NCBI GenBank assembly: GCA_965215005.1
Contig: CBDCCZ010000054.1
Location: 256,001-320,000 of the forward strand
DNA length: 64,000 nucleotides
Direction of reading: 5' to 3'
Source of the DNA: Kofleriaceae bacterium
GTDB lineage: Bacteria > Myxococcota_A > Polyangia > Haliangiales > Haliangiaceae
Numbering within the stretch: position 1 is the first letter of the stretch; each line of letters opens with the position of its first letter. Under the pieces are notes generated by a model that was not told where the DNA came from, did not search any database, and saw only the letters and a list, made by a program, of their open reading frames with translations. A program made the translations under genes and the position numbers. This document shows, piece after piece, positions 1 through 10,060 of this stretch.

Positions 1-258
1 TTCGGAATGTTTTGCTGCCCGCACACGGGCGTCGCGTTGGCGGCGCTCGAGAAGCTGGTCGCGCGCGGCGATATCCGCAAGACCGACCGAGTCGTCGTGG
101 TATCCACGGCCAATGGCTTGAAGTTCTCCGACTTCAAGACGAGGTATCACGAAGGCGCCCTCGAGCGTGTCGAGCCGCGATTCCGCAACGTTCCAGTCGA
201 GGTGCCTGAAGACTACGGCGCGGTGCGAGATGCGGTGGTGCGGGCGCTCGACAGCTGA
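1..258 (+). CDS. thrC: Threonine synthase, C-terminal part (5'-truncated by window)
   Basis: CPHTGVALAAL...VVVSTANGLKF matches the C-terminus of fold-type II threonine synthases (plant/myxobacterial type). Confidence 0.85.
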   Translation, partial: FGMFCCPHTGVALAALEKLVARGDIRKTDRVVVVSTANGLKFSDFKTRYHEGALERVEPRFRNVPVEVPEDYGAVRDAVVRALDS

Positions 259-275
259 TCAACGATATCGCTGAT

Positions 276-1079
276 TCAGCGCAAGTTGTCGAAGCGAGCC
301 GTGCCCGTGCGTCCGTTGCGACTGTCGGCCCCGAGCGAGAGCTGCAATGCGTCGCTGGCGAATGCGGCGGTGAGCGTATTCATGCGTGTCCAGGTCATGC
401 CATCCCGGGAGGTTTCCAGGAGGAACTCGCCGCTTCGCGTGCTTACACGCCACCAGCGATGGGCCGCAAGATCGTAGGGGGCTGCGCGCGTCTGCGACGC
501 ATTGGGCGCGATCAGCTCGAAACGCAGCGAGTTGCCGCCGGTGCTCACGGCAATGAGCTCCGTCGCTGATCGGTTGAGGTGCAAGTAGGCATTGGCGCCA
601 CCGGGCTCGACCTCCACCGTGATCGCGCCGCTGTTGAGGTCGTAGCGGCAGGTGGTCACCAGCGCGGCTTCCCCGCCAGCTCCTACACGGATTTCTGCTT
701 TGCCGTTGACCTCGGCGATATCGGCGTCGCCACTGGCGTAGCGCTCCGCCCAGATCGGGTCGAGCACGCCATCGTCGAAATCATCGCGCGGAAGCACGGC
801 TGGATCGCAGCCGGCAGCGGGCGGAGCGGCATCGGGGGCAGCATCGACGCGGTCATCGGCCGGGTCGGCACTGGGACTCGCGTCGGCCGTCCCGGGGGCT
901 AGGGGCCCAGAGCCGGGAAGCTCGCAGCGACCCGCGACGCAGGTGTACGAGACTGGGCAGCTCTGGCCGTCGGGGCACAGGAACGCGGTGTCATCATAGG
1001 AAAAATTCCGCCCACAGCCGACGCTGAGTGCAGTGAAAACGGCGCCGGCCGCGGCGGCATAGAGATGTGCTGCGCGCAA
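276..1079 (-). CDS. Hypothetical lipoprotein with Cys-rich N-terminal module and beta-rich C-terminal domain
   Basis: Lipobox-like LSVGC; CPDGQSCPVSYTCVAGRC; Ala/Pro/Asp linker; DDFDDG start of a beta-sandwich-like domain. Confidence 0.7.
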   Translation of the reverse strand: MRAAHLYAAAAGAVFTALSVGCGRNFSYDDTAFLCPDGQSCPVSYTCVAGRCELPGSGPLAPGTADASPSADPADDRVDAAPDAAPPAAGCDPAVLPRDDFDDGVLDPIWAERYASGDADIAEVNGKAEIRVGAGGEAALVTTCRYDLNSGAITVEVEPGGANAYLHLNRSATELIAVSTGGNSLRFELIAPNASQTRAAPYDLAAHRWWRVSTRSGEFLLETSRDGMTWTRMNTLTAAFASDALQLSLGADSRNGRTGTARFDNLR

Positions 1080-1208
1080 GATGGGTTACACCGAACGCAA
1101 GGCCTATGCCGCTCTGCGCAGGCCTCCTGGTCGGCCTGCTCCCGCTCGAGGCTTGCTCTTCGACCGTCGGCGCTTGCCGCTGTCATCCACTCGTGGATCG
1201 CGGCGGCG

Positions 1209-3581
1209 TTAGGGTTCGCGACGCGAGGGCAGCATGGCGGTGGGGCGATGACGCTCATCCTGTTCGCGCACGAAACGCCGACGACCGACCTCGCTCCACC
1301 ACTGCTCCCAGCGCCGCTTGGCCTGCTCGCGCTCCTTCTTCGACAGGTCGTGGTGGTAGCCGAAATATTCGCCCGTGAGCCTGCGAAGCTCTTCTCCGGC
1401 AGCCCGACGAATGTCTTCGTCTCTGTGGCCCAGACCATCAATGAGCCACTCGATTCGGTGTCTATCTTGATGCTTGGTCCACCAGCCGCGCCACTTGCGG
1501 GCGCTGGTTCCGAAGTCTTGCTTGGCAAGCACCACCAAGCTGCGGCGGGCGTGCTCGCTGCCTTTGTCGCTGCGTGAGAGCGCATCGATGAGCGCGGGTA
1601 TCGCAGCGGTGTCTGCCAAACACGCGATGGCTTCCGCTGCAGCGCCCGCACGACCCACATCGTCGCTGTGCAGCACTTGGCGGATGCGCGTCAAGTGCGG
1701 CTCCAAATCGGCGCTCGGATATCCGGCCAGACCCTCCAGCGCGGCCTGCCGAACGCCATAGTCGGTATCGAACACGCGCTCGACGAGAGACTCCAGAAGA
1801 CTGCTCGGCCGCATCTCGGCGGCACACATCGTTGCGTAGTAACGGGTCTCGCGCGCGGGGTCGCGCATCTTGTCGGCCAGGAGCTCAGCAGCGACCGAGC
1901 CCATGCGCATGATCAGATCGAGCAACGGCCCGTGATCGGCGGCGCGCAGCTCGTTCTGGCCGTAACGCTCGGGATGCAGCGGGCCCGGAAAGCGCTGCGT
2001 AAGGAGCGCGAGCGTCGCTTCCGGGCGGCGCAGGCAGTCGTTCATGGCGTCTTCTAGATCCGCGGGATCGCCGGCTTCGATGACTGCTAGGACCTGCTCG
2101 ACAGGACCTGGTTCCTCGGCTTCGAGTGATACTTCCTGCGTTGCGTCCGCGGGGGCCGCATCCTCGCTTCCGGTGGGCGCGCGGCGCGCGGCAGCAGCCT
2201 TGGCTTTCACGATCAAGCGGGACAGCGCATCGGCGGCCGAGCCGGCCAGCGGCAGGAGCTCGGAGACGTCGGCGATGCTGATAGCGTCGTTGCCGCGATG
2301 CCCGACCGCGAGTGCGACCACGCGTTGTTTGAGCGCGATGGGCAGCAGCAGGGCGCTTGGTGGCACTACGCCGCCCATGCGCTCGATCATTCGGTCAATT
2401 TCGGCCTCGCCGGTGGCGACCGCGCCGACGAATGGCGCCGCTCCTGTGACCACGCTTCGAAAGGCGCTGCCGACGTCGAGCGGGATGAGCACTTGTGCAA
2501 TGTGCTCGCGGTCGGTGGCATCGCCCACGAGCGCGATGCGGCCGATGGCTGCGCCTCCTTGGATGGTCAGAAGCCCCGCAAACCAGGCCTGGCGGCGAAT
2601 CGCGCGCAGGAGAATCATGAAGATGGCGTCGCGGTCGTCGGCGTCGGCGAGCAGGGCCCGTGCCTCCACTACCGACAGCGCCGAGGACTCGAGCACGCCA
2701 GGCTGTAAGATCGCCGGAGCGGGACCAGGATTGTTGGCCGCTGCACCCTCGGTGACCGACGGCGGACGCACGTTCGCTGGCTCTGCGGCGTCGGCGTCGG
2801 GCGCGCGATCAGCGACCGAGGGCGCAGCTGGCGAGTCCTCGCCACGCGAAGCGTCGGGAATCGTCGCGTCTTGGGTTGCGCCGTTGCCGCCCGCTCCTCG
2901 GCCGCCGGCGCTCACTGCTTCACGCTCGCGACGAGCTTGGGCGTCGTTCCCTGCGGCGGACCCAGGCGCGCCATCTTGACGGGCCGAGGCCGGCAGCACT
3001 GCAGACGGCGGTACCCCCACGTCGACGACCACGTGTTCGGCGCCAGGCTCCGCCGTTTGACTCTCGACGATGACGGAAGCGGCGCGGCCCACCGGCCGAG
3101 TGCTTGGTGCCTCTTCGGCTTTCGCGGCGAGCTTGGCGAACCGCGCGTCGGTCATGCCGCCAAACATTCGCGAGAACACCAAGTGAAAGCGATACTCGGG
3201 AACGACCAAGGGCTGGATCGGCAGGTCGAGCTCGTCGGCGAGGCGCTCCATCTGCCCTAGGTCGACCGGATCGTAGACCAGGACGCGAAGCGCTCCGCCT
3301 TCGAAGCACAGCGGCACCACGCGGTGAGCTCGTGCAACTTCCTGAGGACAGCGGCGCACCGCCTCCATGTCGAAGACGTCGGTCTCCGTGCGCGTGGCCG
3401 GCGGTAAACCGGTGGCTAAAGACAAGTACTGCATCAGCCGGTCTTCGGCCACGATGCTCATTTCGAGCAAGATCGTGTCCAGGCTACCGCCATAGATGAC
3501 CTGGCGCTGAAACGCCTTTTCCATGCGTTTTACGCCGACCAGTCCGTCGCGGACCAGCAGTGAGCTCAGGCGTGAAGGCAT
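1209..3581 (-). CDS. MshEN/GSPII_N + GAF-like + HEAT-repeat protein (FrgA-like)
   Basis: N-terminal RLSSLLVRDGLV...AFQRQ...SLDTILLEM, VARAHRVVPL and YDPVD are GSPII_N-like; central LLLPIALKQRVVALAVG is GAF-like; C-terminal HEAT repeats (VRQAALEGLA, AIPALIDAL). Confidence 0.7.
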   Translation of the reverse strand: MPSRLSSLLVRDGLVGVKRMEKAFQRQVIYGGSLDTILLEMSIVAEDRLMQYLSLATGLPPATRTETDVFDMEAVRRCPQEVARAHRVVPLCFEGGALRVLVYDPVDLGQMERLADELDLPIQPLVVPEYRFHLVFSRMFGGMTDARFAKLAAKAEEAPSTRPVGRAASVIVESQTAEPGAEHVVVDVGVPPSAVLPASARQDGAPGSAAGNDAQARREREAVSAGGRGAGGNGATQDATIPDASRGEDSPAAPSVADRAPDADAAEPANVRPPSVTEGAAANNPGPAPAILQPGVLESSALSVVEARALLADADDRDAIFMILLRAIRRQAWFAGLLTIQGGAAIGRIALVGDATDREHIAQVLIPLDVGSAFRSVVTGAAPFVGAVATGEAEIDRMIERMGGVVPPSALLLPIALKQRVVALAVGHRGNDAISIADVSELLPLAGSAADALSRLIVKAKAAAARRAPTGSEDAAPADATQEVSLEAEEPGPVEQVLAVIEAGDPADLEDAMNDCLRRPEATLALLTQRFPGPLHPERYGQNELRAADHGPLLDLIMRMGSVAAELLADKMRDPARETRYYATMCAAEMRPSSLLESLVERVFDTDYGVRQAALEGLAGYPSADLEPHLTRIRQVLHSDDVGRAGAAAEAIACLADTAAIPALIDALSRSDKGSEHARRSLVVLAKQDFGTSARKWRGWWTKHQDRHRIEWLIDGLGHRDEDIRRAAGEELRRLTGEYFGYHHDLSKKEREQAKRRWEQWWSEVGRRRFVREQDERHRPTAMLPSRREP

Positions 3582-3746
3582 CTAGCGGCCTGTATCAGGA
3601 GTACGCGGCCGAACCTCGCCCACGAGCTTGGTGTCGCGGGCGGATGAGATTCTCGCTTTGGCGTTCTCTATACAGTGAAGTTTCATGGATGTCGTTTTCC
3701 GTCCCATGGATCCTGCCCGGCCGACGCTGCGGAGAGTTGTCCGAAT

Positions 3747-4595
3747 CTATCGTGTCGGTTGACTAGCTCCGGCTTTCACCACGTAGGTGCCGGCGATCCA
3801 ATCGTGAAGTCCGCGCTTCTCTGCATCGAAGCCAATCCACAAGAATCCGAGGAACAACGTTGCTACCGAAGCCAAATAACCGCCAGCGCGAAGCGCGGCT
3901 CGGGCATGAGAGGGCGGCTCGCCATAGAGGTCGATGATACGAAGTTTCAACGCCCGCATGCCGGGAGTGCGCGCGGTAACGACGTGGAAAACGAAGGCGT
4001 AGACCAGCGCGATGATGATCGTGAGGACGATTGCCCCGAGCACCGCCGGATCGCTGGCGAGAAATAGATCGAGCCAAAAGTCGAGGCCGCGATGGCGGCT
4101 AGGTGGGAGATGGATGCCGGCTATCGCACCTACCAGCCACGCGAGGATGGCGGCCACGGGAAGGATTATCGCTAAATCGATGGCCGCCGCAGCGCTACGG
4201 CGCCAAAAGCCCGCAGCATAGAACGTTGGAACGTCGCTGCGCCGAGGTCGGTCTTCGCCGCCGTCGCGACCCGTTGGTCCGACGCCGCGGGATGGCTCAT
4301 GCGGAATTCCGTCGCCCCGCTGCGGGGCAAGGACGGCAGATTCTCGCGGCTCGCGATTGGTTTCAGCTGTCGGCCTCGCTGCGCGTGGCGTGGTGGCATG
4401 AGGCGCAGCATCTATCGAGTCGTGCGGGTCATGCGTCGGTGCAATCGTGCGGATGGTGTCCTGGTCGCTGGCGAGCTCGGTGACGTCGCCGTCGCCAGCC
4501 GAGCTCGATGCGACGGGCTCGCGGCCACGAGGAGTAGCGGTCAGCAAAGAGGGCTCGCGATCCGACACCCCAGCGTTATAAGTCCGCGGCCGCAC
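3747..4595 (-). CDS. RDD family membrane protein with disordered N-terminus
   Basis: AGFWRRSAAAAID, TPGMRALKLRI, RGLHDWIAGTYVV; start may be slightly downstream. Confidence 0.9.
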   Translation of the reverse strand: MRPRTYNAGVSDREPSLLTATPRGREPVASSSAGDGDVTELASDQDTIRTIAPTHDPHDSIDAAPHATTPRAARPTAETNREPRESAVLAPQRGDGIPHEPSRGVGPTGRDGGEDRPRRSDVPTFYAAGFWRRSAAAAIDLAIILPVAAILAWLVGAIAGIHLPPSRHRGLDFWLDLFLASDPAVLGAIVLTIIIALVYAFVFHVVTARTPGMRALKLRIIDLYGEPPSHARAALRAGGYLASVATLFLGFLWIGFDAEKRGLHDWIAGTYVVKAGASQPTR

Positions 4596-4660
4596 GGAAT
4601 CAATTTCGCCCGCGCGCAGTGGCTCGGGCGACGAACGCCTGCTGTGCGACGGGAGGGGCT

Positions 4661-5428
4661 TCAGACGCCGAGATCCCCGACAACTACGCCGGCAATGGTG
4701 GCGGAAACCACCGCGGCCGTTTCGGCGCGGAGCACCCGCGGTCCGAGCGACACCGGCAGGTACCCGGCCGCCACTGCGGCCTCCAACTCCCGGCTTGCAA
4801 AGCCTCCTTCGGGGCCGATCGCGATCGCGACCGAACGCGGCCTACTCGCCCGCAGCGACGCTTCCAGCGCCTGCTCGCCCTCCCGTGCCCACGCGATGAA
4901 GCGGGCTTCGGCGCTCGCGCCGGCCGCCAACGCCCTCTCGAGCTCCATCACCTCGGCAATGGTGGGAACGTCTGCACGCCGACACTGCCGTGCGGCGTCG
5001 CGCGCGACGCTTTCGAAGCGTTGTCGGCGGCTACCGGCGCGCTTTGCATCGAGTCGCACCACCGTTCGTTCGGTCTGCATGGGTATCACTCGCGTAACTC
5101 CCAGCTCGACCAGCTTTTGAATCGCCCATTCCGTGCGGTCGCCCTTAATGAGCGCCAGCAGCACCGTGAGCTCCAGGCGCGGCGTCGTCACCATCTCGGC
5201 AGCATCGGTCTCGAGGATCGCGACCTCGGCCGCAACATTTACTACACGCGCCGTTGCCTGGCGTCCCTGCCCGTCGAGCAGCAGGACGGCGTCGCCTACG
5301 CGCAGTCGCCGCACGCGAAATAAGTAATGATGGTCGTCGCCCTGAACGCGGACCTGTCCGGTCGCGAGTTGCTCGGGCTCTACGAACAACCGCACGCTCA
5401 CGGGCGCCGCATCACCACACAGGTCCAA
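4661..5428 (-). CDS. rsmE: 16S rRNA m3U1498 methyltransferase RsmE
   Basis: HHYLFRVRRL, IQKLVELGV, IGPEGGF, LGPRVLRAETA; true start probably near 5400. Confidence 0.95.
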   Translation of the reverse strand: MDLCGDAAPVSVRLFVEPEQLATGQVRVQGDDHHYLFRVRRLRVGDAVLLLDGQGRQATARVVNVAAEVAILETDAAEMVTTPRLELTVLLALIKGDRTEWAIQKLVELGVTRVIPMQTERTVVRLDAKRAGSRRQRFESVARDAARQCRRADVPTIAEVMELERALAAGASAEARFIAWAREGEQALEASLRASRPRSVAIAIGPEGGFASRELEAAVAAGYLPVSLGPRVLRAETAAVVSATIAGVVVGDLGV

Positions 5429-6294
5429 TCGGTTTCCTCGTCGGGACGGGTCCGCACGTGCTCAAGCCCGGTGGCCAGAAAACTGCCGATGACTGCTTCT
5501 GCTTGATGATGCAGGATTCCGCTGAGAATGAGGCGACCGCCGGCAGCCACCCGCGGGGCCAGCTGCTCGCAAAGTTGATGCAACACCGCGGCCTCGATGT
5601 TGGCAAGAACCAGCGGGTAGTCATCGGATACCTCGCCTACTAGCGTGGTTGCGCAGTCGAGGTGCTCGCCGACGCCGTTTCGCTCGGCGTTTTCGTGCGC
5701 GGCCGACACCGCGAGCTCATCGGTGTCGATGGCTAAACCGCGCGCTGTTGGCCATAAGTGAAGCGCCGCGATGGCCAGGATTCCAGACCCGGTGCCAACG
5801 TCGAGAAAACGGTCGATGACCAAGCCGTCGTCCCGAAGTGACTGCGTCGTCTCGAGCACCAGTCGCGTGGTCGCGTGAAGGCCCGTCCCAAACGCATGGC
5901 CGGGATCGAGATGAATGACGCGATCCTCGGCGGCAGGAGAGTACTGCTCCCAGCTCGGAACCACGACGATCTGGCGGGTGAGGCGGGTGACGTGAAAATG
6001 CCGCTTCCAGGCATCGCGCCATTCCGCCTCGGCCATCGCGGGGCGAATGACCACACGGACGGGATCGACGTTCCAGCCTGCGGCGGCCAACTCGCCGACC
6101 GCCTGCCGGGTTTGGGCGAGTACCTGCTCGCCGTCGGGCACCGGTACCCAAAAAACGATGTCCATGCCGCGCAGCTCGAACCCCGCCGCCGCGGCTGCGA
6201 CGCGATCCGCGAGGAGCGGAGCCAGGTCGTCGGCCTGCGTTGGCGGCGCGTGAATCGCTACCTCGAGCCATTCGGTATCACCCTGCACGCTCAT
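5398..6294 (-). CDS. prmA: Ribosomal protein L11 methyltransferase
   Basis: WRDAWK, LDPGHAFGTGLHATT, LDVGTGSGILAI, ANI, LILSGIL; adjacent to rsmE as usual. Confidence 0.95.
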   Translation of the reverse strand: MSVQGDTEWLEVAIHAPPTQADDLAPLLADRVAAAAAGFELRGMDIVFWVPVPDGEQVLAQTRQAVGELAAAGWNVDPVRVVIRPAMAEAEWRDAWKRHFHVTRLTRQIVVVPSWEQYSPAAEDRVIHLDPGHAFGTGLHATTRLVLETTQSLRDDGLVIDRFLDVGTGSGILAIAALHLWPTARGLAIDTDELAVSAAHENAERNGVGEHLDCATTLVGEVSDDYPLVLANIEAAVLHQLCEQLAPRVAAGGRLILSGILHHQAEAVIGSFLATGLEHVRTRPDEETDWTCVVMRRP

Positions 6295-6369
6295 CGGTTA
6301 CCACGTTTCGTGGAAGCTACACTGCGCCAAAAAGTTGCGCGGTCATAGGGTAGGTGTAGCGTCTTATGT

Positions 6370-7399
<1,030 letters not shown>

Positions 7400-7809
7400 A
7401 GACGCGCTTAGCTACCTGATCGCTGGCTAATGGTCAAGGAATCTCCGCGGTGCGCGCACTTGCCCATCTCCTTTAGTTAGTGCACCTACTGTGCGGCCGG
7501 CCCGGGGAGCGGAGGGACGCTGGAGCCTGCAAGCAGCTGCGGCTGTGCTGCGGCTGGGGGCATCGCAGCGCGCCAGCCGTACCTCGCGATGTACTTGGAG
7601 GCTGAAGCAATCTCGGCGCAGGACCGGTCGACGGAAGTTAGCGCCCACCGAGCGAGCCACCGAAGCGAAACCGTCGCATAGCAGCGATAGGCTTCCGGGT
7701 CCTTCGGACAGCACTTGCGGGCAAATCCTGGCAGCCGCAGCACGCACGCTTGCCATCAGCGTCGCGGCCGCGCCCTTGAGCCGTCACTGCCTGCGTGAGG
7801 AGAGATTTC

Positions 7810-7860
7810 ATATTTGACGGAAAATTCTTTCTTGACTGGAATTAAACGGGATGCGAATCT
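7810..7860 (+). promoter_or_regulatory. Possible promoter region for the small gene at 7914
   Basis: Locally AT-rich; tandem TTGACG (7814) and TTGACT (7832); TGGAAT lies 17 nt after the first box. Confidence 0.35.
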
Positions 7861-7913
7861 TGCGTCTGCTGGCGGACCAACTTGCGATCCAGAGTCGAAA
7901 CAATCGTAAGTAG

Positions 7914-8147
7914 TTGATCTTAAAAGGAGGGCGCGAGTTGCTGGATGTCACAGGGGTGAAGGTGTTCTCTGCTACCAAAGCAAAAGAACGAGAAGGGCTT
8001 GGTGAACAAGTCACCGAGTGGATTCGAGGAAACCCGGACTGCGAAATCGTCGACAAGATCGTCACGCAGTCCTCGGACTCTGAGTTTCATTGTTTGACGA
8101 TCACGTTGTTCTACAAGCGGATCATGAAAAGCGGCCGAGCCGCTTGA
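7914..8147 (+). CDS. Small conserved hypothetical protein (myxobacterial GVKVFSATK...SSDSEFHCLTITLFY type)
   Basis: Protein-like composition; AAGGAGG at 7924-7930 suggests a start near 7938; resembles small proteins recalled from Myxococcota. Confidence 0.75.
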   Translation: MILKGGRELLDVTGVKVFSATKAKEREGLGEQVTEWIRGNPDCEIVDKIVTQSSDSEFHCLTITLFYKRIMKSGRAA

Positions 8148-8152
8148 GAGAA

Positions 8153-8392
8153 TGCTGCAGCCGCCGCGACGGCTGCAGTGAACCCCGGCGGTCAACGGAC
8201 CTGTGCTGGCGGACGGGGGAGCCTGGCGGTTCACGGCGAGAGTCGTGAACCGCTAGCCGAGCAACCATGGGTTAACGAGGCGCGCTGGGTCTGAGCAGCG
8301 GCCTGGCGCGCCGTCGCCCCGGATGAGGCGGCAACCCGCGTCACCCCATCCCGCGACGGCGTAGGGACGGCTCACCGCGAGTGAGCGTCCGC
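8153..8392 (+). ncRNA. Candidate structured RNA or hairpin cluster
   Basis: At least five stems; G-U wobbles are compatible with the + strand; one GAGA tetraloop; no credible ORF. Confidence 0.4.
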
Positions 8393-8689
8393 GTCGCGTT
8401 CAGCAAATTAGCTTGGCGTGGGGTTGCTGTGCGTCACGGCTGTGTAACCCGCTCGGCCTGATGGCTTGGCCGCTGCGTAAGCGCGCCCATGGCGTGTTGC
8501 GCGGCGCAGCGAGTGGCCTGGCAGGTCGCCAGCCCGCCGCCCCGCCTCGCCTCGCCGGCTCGAGGAAAGCGCCTCGGTCATCATCGCGCGACTTTCTGCG
8601 GCAAGCAGGCCCGAGGGTTGGCTGCTTGCTCACGCGCACGCTAGGTTGACGGCCTCTTTACCTCGAGCCCTTGAGGACCCTCATACACC

Positions 8690-10057
8690 ATGATGCATAT
8701 CGGCCATCTGCCGCGCTTCGCGGCCCTGCTCGCCTCGGTAGCGAGCGCTCTCGTGCAACCGTCGCTCGCCGCCGCGGCGCCGTCAGCCGCCAGCCCTCTG
8801 GCGCTGCCAAACGTCGAGACCTGGACCCTCGAGAATGGGCTGCAGGTCGCGCTCATGCGAGTCGCCGCCGCCCCGGTCGCTTCGGTGCAGCTCTGGTATC
8901 ACGTTGGCAGCAAAGACGAGCCGCCGAACCGGCGCGGATCGGCGCACATGTTCGAGCACATGATGTTCCGCGGCTCGGAGCACGTTCCCCCCGAGGAGCA
9001 CGCGCGATTGCTCGCGCGCGTCGGCGGCTACGTCAACGCGTTCACCACCGAAGATGCCACCGCGTACATCAACGTGGTGCCGGTCAAATACGTCGACTTC
9101 GCGCTCCGTCTCGAGGCTGAACGCATGCGCAAGCTGCTATTTCGCCCCGACATGATCGCGACGGAGCGCGAAGTGGTGAAGGAAGAGATTCGCCAACAGG
9201 AGAACAACCCGGTCGCGAAGGGGCTATTGCGTTTCTTCGAGGTCGCCTATCAAAAACATCCTTACGCATGGACGGCGGCGGGGACAATCGCCGATCTCGA
9301 CGCGACGACAGTGGCTGACCTCCAGGCCTTCTATGACCGCTATTACGTGCCCAACAACGCGCTCCTCACCATCGTGGGCGACGTTTCTAAAGAGGACGTC
9401 GCCGCGGCCGTGCAGAACCACTTTGGCGCCATTGCCAAGCAGCCCGAGCCGCCGCGACCCGCAAACGAGCGGCCCGAGCCGCCGCAGCAAAGTAAGCGGC
9501 GTGAAGTCGCTCCGCCAGCGCAGATTGGCGTGGTCTTCAGTGGCTATCACGTTCCCGGTGCCGCACACGAAGACATCTACGCCTTGCAAGTCTTGTCACT
9601 TATTCTTGGCAACGGCGAATCGTCGCGTCTACATGAGCGATTGGTGCAGAAGGATCGGATCGCAGTGCAGTCAGCAAGTCCGCTGTTCGTGCGCGAGCAT
9701 CCAGGGCTGTTCGTCGTCTTCGGTGTCTACTTGCCGCCCGTCGAGGCGGAGGCGGTCGAGTCCGCGTTGCTCGCGGAAATTGCTCTCATGCAGCAAAAAG
9801 GGCCTGCGGAACGCGAGCTGCGCAAGGCGAAGAATCAGCTGCAGTCGAGCTTTGCGTTTGGTCTCGAGAGCGTTGATGGGCTCGCCCAGCAAATTGGCAG
9901 CTCGTGGATCCTCACCGGTGATCCCACCCAATGGGTGCGCGACCTCGAGCAGCTCGAGGCGGTTGGTGCCAAGGATGTGCAACGGGTTGCTCGGCAATAC
10001 TTGCAAGAGTCCAATAAGACCACTGTCGTGGTGCCGCCAGCCGGCGCGGAAGGCTGA
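8690..10057 (+). CDS. M16 (insulinase/pitrilysin) zinc peptidase, catalytic subunit, secreted
   Basis: GSAHMFEHMMFRGS (HxxEH), NAFTT, YYVPNNA; signal peptide. Confidence 0.95.
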   Translation: MMHIGHLPRFAALLASVASALVQPSLAAAAPSAASPLALPNVETWTLENGLQVALMRVAAAPVASVQLWYHVGSKDEPPNRRGSAHMFEHMMFRGSEHVPPEEHARLLARVGGYVNAFTTEDATAYINVVPVKYVDFALRLEAERMRKLLFRPDMIATEREVVKEEIRQQENNPVAKGLLRFFEVAYQKHPYAWTAAGTIADLDATTVADLQAFYDRYYVPNNALLTIVGDVSKEDVAAAVQNHFGAIAKQPEPPRPANERPEPPQQSKRREVAPPAQIGVVFSGYHVPGAAHEDIYALQVLSLILGNGESSRLHERLVQKDRIAVQSASPLFVREHPGLFVVFGVYLPPVEAEAVESALLAEIALMQQKGPAERELRKAKNQLQSSFAFGLESVDGLAQQIGSSWILTGDPTQWVRDLEQLEAVGAKDVQRVARQYLQESNKTTVVVPPAGAEG

Positions 10058-10060
10058 ACG

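Noticed and set aside
7427..7817. ORFs between rpsU and the small conserved gene
   Set aside because: Three overlapping frames, none with a recognisable motif or clear RBS.
8540..8600. RNase P RNA (GAGGAAAG seen)
   Set aside because: Not followed by the conserved UCC; no other RNase P elements.
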